37,988 nt of DNA, taken from the NCBI GenBank assembly GCA_903887655.1, contig CAISQQ010000148.1:1-37988 (forward strand), written 5' to 3'. Positions 9,763 to 18,650 of the stretch are shown piece by piece. A program made the position numbers and the translations under genes. Origin of the DNA: an uncultured Burkholderiales bacterium. Its GTDB lineage: Bacteria; Pseudomonadota; Gammaproteobacteria; Burkholderiales; Burkholderiaceae_C. Within the stretch, counting starts at the first letter, position 1; every line of letters starts with the position of its first letter. The notes under the pieces were generated by a model. That model ran no database searches. It saw only the letters and a program-made list of their open reading frames with translations, and had not been told where the DNA came from.

Positions 9763-10764
9763 TCAAAACCGAAGCACCACCGCGCCCCAGGTAAAGCCCC
9801 CGCCCACGCCTTCGAGCAGCAAATGCTGTCCGGCCTTCACTTGCCCACTTCTCACCGCCACATCGAGCGCGAGCGGAATCGACGCGGCCGAGGTGTTGCC
9901 ATGGTCTTGGACCGTGAGGATGACCCGCTCCATGGGGAGCTTTAATTTCTTAGCGGTGGACTGAATGATGCGGATGTTGGCTTGGTGAGGGATCAACCAA
10001 TCGATGTCGGACTCGACCATCTGCGCCTTGGCCAGCGCGCTCGTGGCGGCACCGCGCAGCAAACCCACCGCCAACTTGAACACCGCTTGGCCATCCATTT
10101 GCAGCAGTGGGTGACCCGAAACGGCACCCGCATTGACATGGCCGGGCACACACAAGATGCCCACATGCTGGCCATCGGCATGCAAATCGCTCGCCAAAAT
10201 CCCCGGTGTCTCGCTCGCTTGCAACACCACCGCGCCAGCACCATCGCCAAAGAGCACACACGTTGTGCGGTCCTTGAAGTCAAGCAGCCTAGAAAACACC
10301 TCCGCGCCCACCACCAAGGCTCGCCGGGCGTTGCCCGCGCGGATCATGGCATCGGCCACGGTCAATGCATAAACGAATCCACTGCAAACGGCTTGCACAT
10401 CAAAAGCCGGTGCCCCCGCAATGCCCGCGGCGGCTTCGTGGAGCTGGGACAACTTGTGCTGCAAGATGCAAGCCGTTGACGGAAACACCATATCTGGCGT
10501 GGACGTGGCCACAATGATGAGGTCAATATCTTGAGGACCCAGGCCTGCGGCCTCCAGGGCTTGCACGCTCGCGTGGTAGGCCAAGTCGCTGCTGAACTCA
10601 TGCGCCTGGGCAAAATGGCGCGCATGAATGCCCGTGCGCTCGACGATCCACTCGCTCGAGCTCTCCACCCCACCCAAAGCCAATTGGCTCACCAAGTCTT
10701 CATTGGTGACGCGCTGGGCGGGTAAAAAACTTCCCGTGCCCACAATCTTGGCGTATTGCGTCAT
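9763..10764 (-). CDS. fabH: 3-oxoacyl-ACP synthase III
   Basis: AVCSGF, PHQAN, GNTSAAS, GGGFTWG. Confidence 0.98.
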   Translation of the reverse strand: MTQYAKIVGTGSFLPAQRVTNEDLVSQLALGGVESSSEWIVERTGIHARHFAQAHEFSSDLAYHASVQALEAAGLGPQDIDLIIVATSTPDMVFPSTACILQHKLSQLHEAAAGIAGAPAFDVQAVCSGFVYALTVADAMIRAGNARRALVVGAEVFSRLLDFKDRTTCVLFGDGAGAVVLQASETPGILASDLHADGQHVGILCVPGHVNAGAVSGHPLLQMDGQAVFKLAVGLLRGAATSALAKAQMVESDIDWLIPHQANIRIIQSTAKKLKLPMERVILTVQDHGNTSAASIPLALDVAVRSGQVKAGQHLLLEGVGGGFTWGAVVLRF

Positions 10765-11843
10765 GCCGCCCCCATGCCGTGAGACCCCAAGGCCTCAGGC
10801 GCCGATGAGCCGCCACTCAAATCGGTCTCGGAGACCGACTTCAAGAGTGGCAATGCATGCGCAATGCGCTCATGAACCCGGGCGAGTAAGCCGTTCTCAG
10901 CCGCTTCATAGGCGCGGTTCAAGGCCGTCTCAAACGCCAAGGCATCGGCCGAGCCATGGCTCTTGAACACCAAGCCTTGCAGCCCCAAGAGCGCCGCACC
11001 ATTGTGCCGGCGATGGTCCACCCGCCGCTTGAAGCCCCAGAGCACGGGCGCGCTCACCAGGTAAGCCAAACGAGTGAAGATGTTTTTTTCAAAGCCTTCT
11101 TTCAACAAGCTGCTGACCATGGCGGCCAAGCCTTCACAGGTCTTGAGGGCCACATTGCCCACGAAACCATCGCACACCACAATGTCGGTGTTGCCTTTAA
11201 AAATATCATTGCCTTCGACGTTGCCGACAAAATTCAAATCGCCCGCTTGAGACGCGGCACGCAGCAACTCTGCGGTTTTTTTGATCATCTCGTTGCCTTT
11301 GATGACCTCCTCGCCAATGTTGAGCAAGCCCACGCTCGGGTTGGGCTTGTTTTGCAGCACCGACACCAAGGCCGAGCCCATCACCGCAAACTGCAGCAAA
11401 TGCTCTGGCGTGCAATCGACATTGGCCCCCAGGTCCAGCATGGTGGTGACACCCCCTGTGACGTTGGGCATTTGCCCAGCAATGGCGGGCCGATCGATGC
11501 CGTCCAAGGTTTTTAAAACATAGCGAGAAATGGCCATCAAGGCACCGGTGTTGCCCGCAGAGACGGCCACCTGGGCTTGTCCTGATTTCACTTGCTCGAT
11601 GCAAATGCGCATGGATGAATTTTTCTTGCGCCTGAGCGCCACCTCAAGGGTGTCATCCATCTCAATCACTTCGCTGGCAGGCACGAGGCGCGCGCGCGGG
11701 TGAGACCAGCCTTGAAGCGCACCTTCTTGGCCGATCAATAAAAGTTCACTGTCCGCATGCTTGTCCAAAAAACGCCGACAAGCAAGAAGTCGAACTTCGG
11801 GGGCATGATCCCCTCCCATGAAGTCAACAGAGATTGTCAACAT
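10761..11843 (-). CDS. plsX: Phosphate acyltransferase PlsX
   Basis: DFMGGD, SAGNTGA, DLGAN, CDGFVGN, KSHG; overlaps the fabH start (ATGA). Confidence 0.98.
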   Translation of the reverse strand: MLTISVDFMGGDHAPEVRLLACRRFLDKHADSELLLIGQEGALQGWSHPRARLVPASEVIEMDDTLEVALRRKKNSSMRICIEQVKSGQAQVAVSAGNTGALMAISRYVLKTLDGIDRPAIAGQMPNVTGGVTTMLDLGANVDCTPEHLLQFAVMGSALVSVLQNKPNPSVGLLNIGEEVIKGNEMIKKTAELLRAASQAGDLNFVGNVEGNDIFKGNTDIVVCDGFVGNVALKTCEGLAAMVSSLLKEGFEKNIFTRLAYLVSAPVLWGFKRRVDHRRHNGAALLGLQGLVFKSHGSADALAFETALNRAYEAAENGLLARVHERIAHALPLLKSVSETDLSGGSSAPEALGSHGMGAA

Positions 11844-11945
11844 AGGATTGAATCAAAAGGCGCGGGCAAGGCTATTTCCACGGGGTCTGTCGGAAGGGCC
11901 GAGCATCGCGCAGTGCAACGGGCCTTCTTGAGAGATGGACAAAAA

Positions 11946-12125
11946 TTAAACTTCAGTTTTGGTTTTGAGCACCTTGCGACCACGGTAAAAGCCACTGGGG
12001 CTGATGTGGTGCAAATGTGTCTCGCCCGTGGTGGGCTCCACAGCAATGCCGGGCACATTCAACGCATTGTGCGAGCGGTGCATACCGCGCTTGGAAGGTG
12101 ATTTTTTATTTTGCTGGACAGCCAT
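11946..12125 (-). CDS. rpmF: 50S ribosomal protein L32 (59 aa, Cys-less type)
   Basis: Hand translation: [66 protein letters not shown] upstream. Absent from the ORF track (short). Confidence 0.98.
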   Translation of the reverse strand: MAVQQNKKSPSKRGMHRSHNALNVPGIAVEPTTGETHLHHISPSGFYRGRKVLKTKTEV

Positions 12126-12235
12126 GTGAGGCTCCTAGACGATGGTTGGGGACAAAAGACCTCAAATCAAGGCCTCCAAGGGGTCTGAGCATGACCGCCC
12201 ATTGACTTGGGACAGCGCTCGACACAGAACCCATT

Positions 12236-12241
12236 ATTATA
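12236..12241 (-). promoter_or_regulatory. Sigma70 -10 element for rpmF
   Basis: TATAAT on the minus strand just after the yceD stop. Confidence 0.5.
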
Positions 12242-12258
12242 GACCAAAGACCGAAGAT

Positions 12259-12912
12259 TTAGCCCTTTTTGACCTTCAGCCCCGATAAAACAGCAAAAGG
12301 ATTGGGGCGCGAAGACAACAAGTCGTCCTGCGCGGACGAACCCAGTTGTGGGGACAAAGCAACAGGACAGCTCTCGTGCATGGGCACCAAGGGCAAGGCC
12401 AAGATCAACTCATCTTCCACCAAGGCTTGGCCATCGAAAGCCGTACTCGAGACCAGCAAGTCGTCCTCCAGCGCCTCATCCAGCGCCAAGGCAGTATCTT
12501 CATTGGCCACCCAATAAAACCGCCGTTGCACCTCCAAAGCCTCCTCAAAGGGGGCCAAGCAACGCTGACACACCAAACTCACCCGGGCTTTGGCGCCCAG
12601 CACCAAGGTGGGATGCTCGTGCGAGAGCAGTTGCCCCAGGGGGGCGACTCGGGGGCTTGAGACCACCATGGGGGTGGTGGTGTTGAGTGCAGGCAACTCG
12701 GACTCAAAAAAAGCCATGGACCAATGCACGACAGACCCATCGGGTGGGGAGCCCCGAGCTGTATCGATGGCGGTGGGCTCGAGCGAAGGCACTGCTGCCA
12801 ACCCCAACGCCAAGCGATCCAATTCGCCCAGTGACAAGGTGCCTTGCAAGTGGGCATTTTGCTGGGCCAGTAGGGGCACATTCAAACGCTGGAGATCAAA
12901 GGCTTTGGTCAT
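12259..12912 (-). CDS. yceD: YceD/DUF177 family protein
   Basis: CQRCL, EDELILALP and NPFAVL motifs; upstream of rpmF; start chosen at ATG 12912. Confidence 0.93.
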   Translation of the reverse strand: MTKAFDLQRLNVPLLAQQNAHLQGTLSLGELDRLALGLAAVPSLEPTAIDTARGSPPDGSVVHWSMAFFESELPALNTTTPMVVSSPRVAPLGQLLSHEHPTLVLGAKARVSLVCQRCLAPFEEALEVQRRFYWVANEDTALALDEALEDDLLVSSTAFDGQALVEDELILALPLVPMHESCPVALSPQLGSSAQDDLLSSRPNPFAVLSGLKVKKG

Positions 12913-13043
12913 GGTGGGTGGCAAAGGGGTGTCGGGACAATCGATCCATCAAAACAGCGAGCGTGCGAGAAAGAAAGCGCCTCAACCCAGTTCTGGGCTG
13001 AGCACTCACTCAGAGGGCCCGCCAAGACGGCTTGACGAGGCGC

Positions 13044-13063
13044 TATCATCAACGCACATTGTA
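13044..13063. promoter_or_regulatory. Paired divergent -10 elements (yceD / maf)
   Basis: TATCAT on + (13044-13049) and TACAAT on - (13063-13058). Confidence 0.45.
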
Positions 13064-13180
13064 GGTGGCTTTGGTCGTGAGAAAGACCGCCGTCCAGACA
13101 GCGCGCGCACTCGACGCCTGGCGACACGGCCCCAGCGCCTGCCAGGTTCATGGTCTTTTTTTATCTTGAAAGGGTCTGTC

Positions 13181-13801
13181 ATGCAGCACCCCAGCTCGCC
13201 ACGGGCATTGATTTTGGCCTCAACGTCGCTTTACCGAAAAGAGTTGATGCAGCGACTCCAGTGGCCCTTTGAGTGTGTCGCACCCCTCGTGGACGAAACC
13301 CCACAGCCCCAGGAGGATCCGCGCGAGCTCGCCAAGCGCTTGGCCCGGGCCAAGGCCCAAGCGGTGAGCCGCCAGCACCCCCAGGCCTGGGTGATTGGCA
13401 GCGACCAAGTGGCCGAACTCCAAGGCGAGGCCTTGGGCAAGCCGCTTGCGCACGCCGTGGCCACTGCACAATTGCAACGCATGAGCGGGCAAGCCGTGCG
13501 CTTTCATACCGCGGTGTGCGTGCGCTGCCAAGAGTCTGGTTTTGAGGAGGTTCAAGTGGCCGATGTGCGCGTCAAATTTCGTGCACTCAGCGATGAAGAA
13601 ATTGAGGCCTACTTGCTCAAAGACCAGCCCTATGACTGCGCGGGTGCCTCCAAATGCGAATCCCTCGGGGTGGCGCTGCTCGAGACCATCGAGAGTGACG
13701 ACCCGACCGCCCTCATTGGCTTGCCCCTCATCCGCACGCTTGAGATGCTGCGCCGCGCGGGCTTGAATGTGCTCACCATGGCCCAGCCCACTGCGGCTTA
13801 A
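13181..13801 (+). CDS. maf: Maf-family nucleotide pyrophosphatase, YceF-type (m7GTP pyrophosphatase-like)
   Basis: LILASTSxYR, DET, GSDQ, GKP, PYDCAG-x-KCE, ALIGLP. Start at ATG 13181; the track's 12590 start is an antisense extension over yceD. Confidence 0.93.
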   Translation: MQHPSSPRALILASTSLYRKELMQRLQWPFECVAPLVDETPQPQEDPRELAKRLARAKAQAVSRQHPQAWVIGSDQVAELQGEALGKPLAHAVATAQLQRMSGQAVRFHTAVCVRCQESGFEEVQVADVRVKFRALSDEEIEAYLLKDQPYDCAGASKCESLGVALLETIESDDPTALIGLPLIRTLEMLRRAGLNVLTMAQPTAA

Positions 13802-13829
13802 ATCCACCTCACCAGGAAAACCACCCCCC

Positions 13830-14588
13830 ATGCACACTGGCACCTTGTACCTTGTCCCCACGCCCTTGGATTTTGGCTGTACCCACCAAACGCCCCTCAC
13901 CGACTGCTTGCCGCAAAAAACCATCGACATGGCCGCCACCTTGAGCCACTGGGTGTGCGAAAACGCCAAGTCGCATCGGGCCTTTTTAAAACGCATCAAC
14001 GCACTGAGTCCCCTCAAGACCGCCTTGCAGTCCCAAGTGATGGTGGAGTTGCCTCGTGAGGCCCATAAAAAAGGCGATCACCAAGGGGCGTTCAATGGCA
14101 AGGAATTGCTGCAAGTGGTCTTGCAAGGACAGGATTTGGGGCTCGCTTGCGAGGCGGGCATGCCCGCCATTGCCGACCCGGGCAGCTCGCTGGTGCGGGC
14201 CGCGCATGCGCTGGGCATTCCCGTGCGCTCTTTGGTGGGCCCCAACTCTTTGATGCTGGCCCTCTCGGGCAGCGGGATGAATGGCCAAAATTTCAGCTTT
14301 GTGGGCTACTTGCCCCAGGCCCAGGAAGCCCGGCTCGAGCGCGTGCGTTACTTGGATCAATGGGTGCGCAAGTCTTTGCAGACCCAAATCTTCATTGAAA
14401 CGCCCTACCGCAACGACAGCATGCTCGAGTCCTTGCTGCAAACCCTCTCGGCACAAACACGCTTGGCCGTGGCCTGCGGCTTGGGCCTGGAGAGCGAGCT
14501 CATCGAGTCGCATTTGGTGGAGGTCTGGCGAGCGCGCTCGATAAAGCCCAAGCTCAAAGACCCCTGCATCTTCTTGCTGGGTATTTGA
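13830..14588 (+). CDS. Tetrapyrrole-methylase/RsmI-like SAM-dependent methyltransferase
   Basis: GTLYLVPTPL, EAGMPAIADPG, GPNS, FxGYLP, FIETPYRN. Confidence 0.9.
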   Translation: MHTGTLYLVPTPLDFGCTHQTPLTDCLPQKTIDMAATLSHWVCENAKSHRAFLKRINALSPLKTALQSQVMVELPREAHKKGDHQGAFNGKELLQVVLQGQDLGLACEAGMPAIADPGSSLVRAAHALGIPVRSLVGPNSLMLALSGSGMNGQNFSFVGYLPQAQEARLERVRYLDQWVRKSLQTQIFIETPYRNDSMLESLLQTLSAQTRLAVACGLGLESELIESHLVEVWRARSIKPKLKDPCIFLLGI

Positions 14589-14613
14589 AGCGCAAAGCCT
14601 GCGACGGGCGCGC

Positions 14614-15645
14614 TCACTTCAAGCTCAGGTGCTGGGCGAGCAAGGTCTTCATGGCGCTGGCGCCCACTTCGGCCCCAAAACGTTTGGCCAATCTCTCGGC
14701 CACGTTGTCGCGGTGGGTGTAGTCCACCACATCCTCGGCCTTGACCACTTCACGCGCGACGTAATCCAAACTTCCAAGCTCATCGGCCAAGCCCAATTTG
14801 ATGGCCTCTTCGCCACTCCAAAATAAACCCGAAAAAATCTCAGGCGTCTCGTGCAGTCGCTTGCCGCGTCCTTGGCGCACCACGGCAATGAATTGTTGGT
14901 GAATTTGCTCGAGCATGGCCAAGGCAAAGGCTTTTTGAGATTTGCTCTCGGCAGTGAAGGGATCCAAAAAACCTTTGTTCTCACCGGCCGTGAGAAGCCG
15001 GCGCTCAATGCCCAGTTTGTCCATCAGCCCATTAAAGCCAAAGCCATCCATCAACACGCCTATGCTGCCCACAATGCTGGCTTTGTCGACATAAATACTG
15101 TCGGCGGAGACGGCGATGTAGTAGGCGGCTGAAGCCCCCATCTCCTCAATCACGGCATACACAGGCTTGTTGTGCAAGGACCTCAAGCGCCTGACTTCAT
15201 CATTGATGATGCCCGCTTGCACGGGCGAGCCCCCGGGGGAGTTGATCAAGAGCACCACCGCTTTGGCGCTGTCTTCTTCAAACGCCGAGCGCAACGCCTC
15301 GATCACACTGTCAGCGCTGGTCTCGCTATCGGAGGCAATCTCACCTTTGATCTGCACCACCGCCGTGTGGGGACTGCTCACGCTAGACGAAACACCCCCC
15401 TTGTTAAAGCTCAACAGCAGCACCGCCACGAACAACAAGAGCCAAGCAAAACGAAAAAATACCCGCCAGCGGCGTTGTAGTTTTTGCTCTTCCAAGCTGG
15501 CCATGACCAAGCGCTGCAGCGTCTCACGCTCCCAATAAGGCACATCTGAAGACGCGTGCGAGCTCGTGGGCTGCGCCTGCGCGCTGTCGCGCGCGATCGG
15601 CTCAGGGGCGGCGGCGTCGTGGGGAGGGGTGGATTCTGAAGTCAT
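14614..15645 (-). CDS. sppA: S49-family peptidase (SppA-like signal peptide peptidase)
   Basis: TM anchor, INSPGG, ASAAYY, GSIGV. Confidence 0.93.
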   Translation of the reverse strand: MTSESTPPHDAAAPEPIARDSAQAQPTSSHASSDVPYWERETLQRLVMASLEEQKLQRRWRVFFRFAWLLLFVAVLLLSFNKGGVSSSVSSPHTAVVQIKGEIASDSETSADSVIEALRSAFEEDSAKAVVLLINSPGGSPVQAGIINDEVRRLRSLHNKPVYAVIEEMGASAAYYIAVSADSIYVDKASIVGSIGVLMDGFGFNGLMDKLGIERRLLTAGENKGFLDPFTAESKSQKAFALAMLEQIHQQFIAVVRQGRGKRLHETPEIFSGLFWSGEEAIKLGLADELGSLDYVAREVVKAEDVVDYTHRDNVAERLAKRFGAEVGASAMKTLLAQHLSLK

Positions 15646-15819
15646 GAGTAAAGCAACAATTCGTTAAAAAGGCCATCGCGGCAAAAATAAAAGACAGGGC
15701 TCAATGCGCCTCGCCCCCAAGCACCCAAGCACTCTGTCACCCGAGTGCCCGAGTGACTGAGGGGTTTTACACCCCCCGAGACGCGGCTCACCCGTTCAAC
15801 CCCTGCACAACACGCATGC

Positions 15820-15869
15820 GCGCCGGGGTGGGCGCCAGGGTGGGCGCCAGGGTGGGCGCCAGGTTGGGC
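15820..15869. repeat. 12-bp tandem repeat (GGGTGGGCGCCA) x3 plus partial flanking units
   Basis: Exact units at 15826, 15838 and 15850. Confidence 0.95.
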
Positions 15870-15894
15870 TCTTGGGGCCCCATTCAGTCATGAA

Positions 15895-16263
15895 TCAGGC
15901 CACTGGTATCAAATTGTAAGCGGTCTGCCAAAAAACCTGGCGCTCGTCTTCATGGATCGCAATTTTGATCAGCCCTCCTCGGCACGGCCCACTCGCGCAG
16001 CGACCCGTTGAAGGCTCATACAACGCACCATGCGTGGCACACATGAGCCACTGGCGTGTCGGATCGAAGAAATGATTTTCCCGGGCATCCATCTCCATGG
16101 GAATATGAGCACAGCGGTTCACATAGGCGTGAACCTCGCCTTCAAAACGGATGGCAAATGCTCGAACCGTTTGGCCCTTGTAGATCACATCAAAATCCAC
16201 CGCCACGCCCGCCTCTTGCAACGCCGCGCCCTGGCACAAGGGCACCCACGTGAACTCGTCCAT
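15895..16263 (-). CDS. Rieske [2Fe-2S] ferredoxin-like protein
   Basis: CAH...CATHG Rieske ligand motifs; start at ATG 16263. Confidence 0.92.
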   Translation of the reverse strand: MDEFTWVPLCQGAALQEAGVAVDFDVIYKGQTVRAFAIRFEGEVHAYVNRCAHIPMEMDARENHFFDPTRQWLMCATHGALYEPSTGRCASGPCRGGLIKIAIHEDERQVFWQTAYNLIPVA

Positions 16264-16318
16264 CAAAGACGCTCCCCACGCTGGCTGTCCACGTCTTGCG
16301 GCAGTGCGAGGGCAAGCG

Positions 16319-17002
16319 TTAGCCGTGTGTGTGGAACCATTGCACCATCTCATCCACACTTTGCACCAGCGCCAAGGGCCCAAACGGGGTTAAATCCGCG
16401 GCCTTTTGCGCGCCATAGGTCACGGCCAAGCTGTCGCAACCCGCGCGCTTGGCCATCTCTAGGTCATGGCAAGTGTCACCCACCATCAAGGTTCTTTCAG
16501 CACTCACCCCGCAATGGGCCATGAGCTCTTTGAGCATTTGGGGGTCGGGTTTGCCGCGGGTCTCGTCGGCCGTGCGGGTGGCATCAAAGAGGGCACTCAA
16601 TGGGCTGCCCGCGAGCAACCGGTTCAGGCCTGCGCGACTTTGACCCGTGGCGATCGCCAAGCCGTGGTGAGCCTCGCGCAGTTGCGTGAGCATCTCAACG
16701 ACACCGGGGAACAAAGTGAGCTCATGGGCCAGGGCGTGAAAGTGGTGACGAAACCTCATCTCCAAGGCCTCGTACTGCTCGGGCTTGACGTCGGGGGCCA
16801 CTCGAGCAAGGGCGGCGTGAACGGGCAAACCGATCACAAAGGCCGCCGCCGCTTCATCGGGCATGGCGCCGCCAACGTCTTTCACCGCTTGTTGAATGCT
16901 GCGGGCAATGTGCTGGGTGGAGTCAAACAACGTGCCATCCCAGTCGAACGCGATCAGGTCATAGCGCCGCTTGGACTGGATCGCTCGAAGGGGTTTGCTC
17001 AT
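16319..17002 (-). CDS. HAD-IA hydrolase (phosphoglycolate phosphatase-like)
   Basis: FDWDGTL, KPDP, MVGD; start at ATG 17002. Confidence 0.92.
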   Translation of the reverse strand: MSKPLRAIQSKRRYDLIAFDWDGTLFDSTQHIARSIQQAVKDVGGAMPDEAAAAFVIGLPVHAALARVAPDVKPEQYEALEMRFRHHFHALAHELTLFPGVVEMLTQLREAHHGLAIATGQSRAGLNRLLAGSPLSALFDATRTADETRGKPDPQMLKELMAHCGVSAERTLMVGDTCHDLEMAKRAGCDSLAVTYGAQKAADLTPFGPLALVQSVDEMVQWFHTHG

Positions 17003-17009
17003 GGGGGAG

Positions 17010-17039
17010 ATTATAAAAAAACAAAGCACAAAAAAACAA
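17010..17039 (-). promoter_or_regulatory. Sigma70 promoter positioned for a leaderless HAD mRNA
   Basis: TATAAT (17015-17010) exactly 7 nt before the ATG; TTGTTT 18 bp upstream; no SD. Confidence 0.6.
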
Positions 17040-17073
17040 AGACAACAACACCCAAGGCCAGGGCCCCAACCCC

Positions 17074-18105
17074 TTAAGGGGACGGGACACGCACACGCGA
17101 GTGTTCGCCTGCTTGGGCGCTTTCGACAAAGGCCTGCAACTCGGGGGGCAAAGGGCACTCGAGCTCAATGGGCAAGGCGGTTCTGGGGTGGATGAATTTC
17201 AAACGCCAAGCGTGCAAAAACATGCGCTTGAGCCCGACGGCTGCGGTGGCTTTGTTTTGCGCGTCGCTGGCGTACTTTTGATCGCCTGCGATGGGGTAGC
17301 CCAAGCTTGCCAAATGCACGCGAATTTGATGGGTGCGCCCAGTTTTGATGGTGACTTCGAGAAGTGAGTAAGGGCCTACCAACCTGGCAACCCTCACCAA
17401 TGTGATGGCGCGCATGCCGTTGGGGTCTTGCGCGCTCACCACCCGCACTCGGCGCTCGCCCATTTGGGCGCCGTTGTCGAGCAAATAACGCTCCAGTGGC
17501 AAATCAATGACTTTGCGGTTGGAGGGCCACTGGCCCACCACCAAGGCCAAGTAAGTTTTGCCCGTTTCCCGTTCACGGAATTGGTTTTGCAAGTGCAGCA
17601 AGGCACTTCTTTTTTTCGACACCAACAAAATTCCCGAGGTTTCGCGATCGATGCGGTGGACCAGCTCCAAGGCGTTGATGCTCGGGCGCGCCAAGCGCAG
17701 CTGCTCGATCACGCCAAAACTCACCCCACTGCCCCCGTGCACCGCCACACCGGCGGGTTTGTCGATGGCCATGAAGCCCTCGTCCTCGAGCAACACTGGA
17801 AATTCACGCGCCGGGATGGCCCCGCTTTGTGCATCCGCGCTCTTGTGGTCGGCCTCTTGAGACGTGCGCAGGGGGGGTATTCGCACCAAATCCCCCACTT
17901 CGAGCCGAGTCTGGGCACTCGCACGCCCTTTGTTGATGCGCACCTCGCCGGAGCGAATGATGCGATAAACATGGGTTTTGGGCACGCCTTTGAGCTCGCG
18001 CATCAAAAAATTGTCAAGCCGCTGGGCACTGGAATCGGCATCGACTTCAATGATTCTTGCTTTTTCTGGATTATTGAGGCCAGAGGGTCGTATAATGTCT
18101 TTCAC
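17074..18105 (-). CDS. rluC: 23S rRNA pseudouridine synthase C
   Basis: S4 domain (QRLDNFL), HRIDRETSG, TGRTHQIR, LHA; divergent from rne. Confidence 0.96.
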   Translation of the reverse strand: MKDIIRPSGLNNPEKARIIEVDADSSAQRLDNFLMRELKGVPKTHVYRIIRSGEVRINKGRASAQTRLEVGDLVRIPPLRTSQEADHKSADAQSGAIPAREFPVLLEDEGFMAIDKPAGVAVHGGSGVSFGVIEQLRLARPSINALELVHRIDRETSGILLVSKKRSALLHLQNQFRERETGKTYLALVVGQWPSNRKVIDLPLERYLLDNGAQMGERRVRVVSAQDPNGMRAITLVRVARLVGPYSLLEVTIKTGRTHQIRVHLASLGYPIAGDQKYASDAQNKATAAVGLKRMFLHAWRLKFIHPRTALPIELECPLPPELQAFVESAQAGEHSRVRVPSP

Positions 18106-18118
18106 CAGCGAATGCTTC

Positions 18119-18131
18119 CAAGTGCTTGATT
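18119..18131. promoter_or_regulatory. IHF consensus site
   Basis: CAAGTGCTTGATT matches YAANNNNTTGATW. Confidence 0.5.
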
Positions 18132-18287
18132 TAATTTACCAATTAGACCACGCCTAAGCGTTCACTGCGAGGTCGATGCCCCGATGGGTTTTGATGCACA
18201 GACTTAGCCTCCATTGAAGCGCAAGTGGTGCCCACCCCCAGCGGTCGAGCCGATGTCCATAGAATTTTGATACGGAATACACCAAAA

Positions 18288-18650
18288 GTTTGACGCGTGA
18301 GAGCCATGCCGACGCGTCAAACGGATTAAAAGTAAGAAATGAATTTTAAGTTGGTCTGGATCATGTTGCTGCACTCCCTTGACTTGTTTGGGTTTTTCCC
18401 AAAGACAAGCGCTGGGTGTATGCGCCCAATCCAAACCCGCTTGATGCAGCGTTTGACAAGTGTTTCTCTAGCCTTGTTGCCCCTGAGCTTTCTTGCTCCA
18501 CTCCACGTGCCCACACCTTGTTGTCGCCCCTGAAAGGGGCGAATCAGACACAAGTCCTCGCGGCAGTTCCCCTCATTCTTGGCATTGTTTCTGGCATCGT
18601 TGGTCCGTCATGGACCTGTGATGTATTGAATCATGTAAAGGAACGCATCA
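18288..18650 (+). promoter_or_regulatory. Structured rne 5' leader
   Basis: Several hairpins, e.g. GTTTGACGCGT/ACGCGTCAAAC 18288-18322, TCGCCCC-TGAAA-GGGGCGA and GGTCC/GGACC; SD AAGGA before the ATG. Confidence 0.55.

Noticed and set aside
12590-13180. 197-codon upstream extension of the maf ORF
   Set aside because: It runs antisense to yceD and through the promoter region; Maf homology begins at 13181.
15820-15869. CRISPR array
   Set aside because: 12-bp head-to-tail units with no spacers, and no cas genes.
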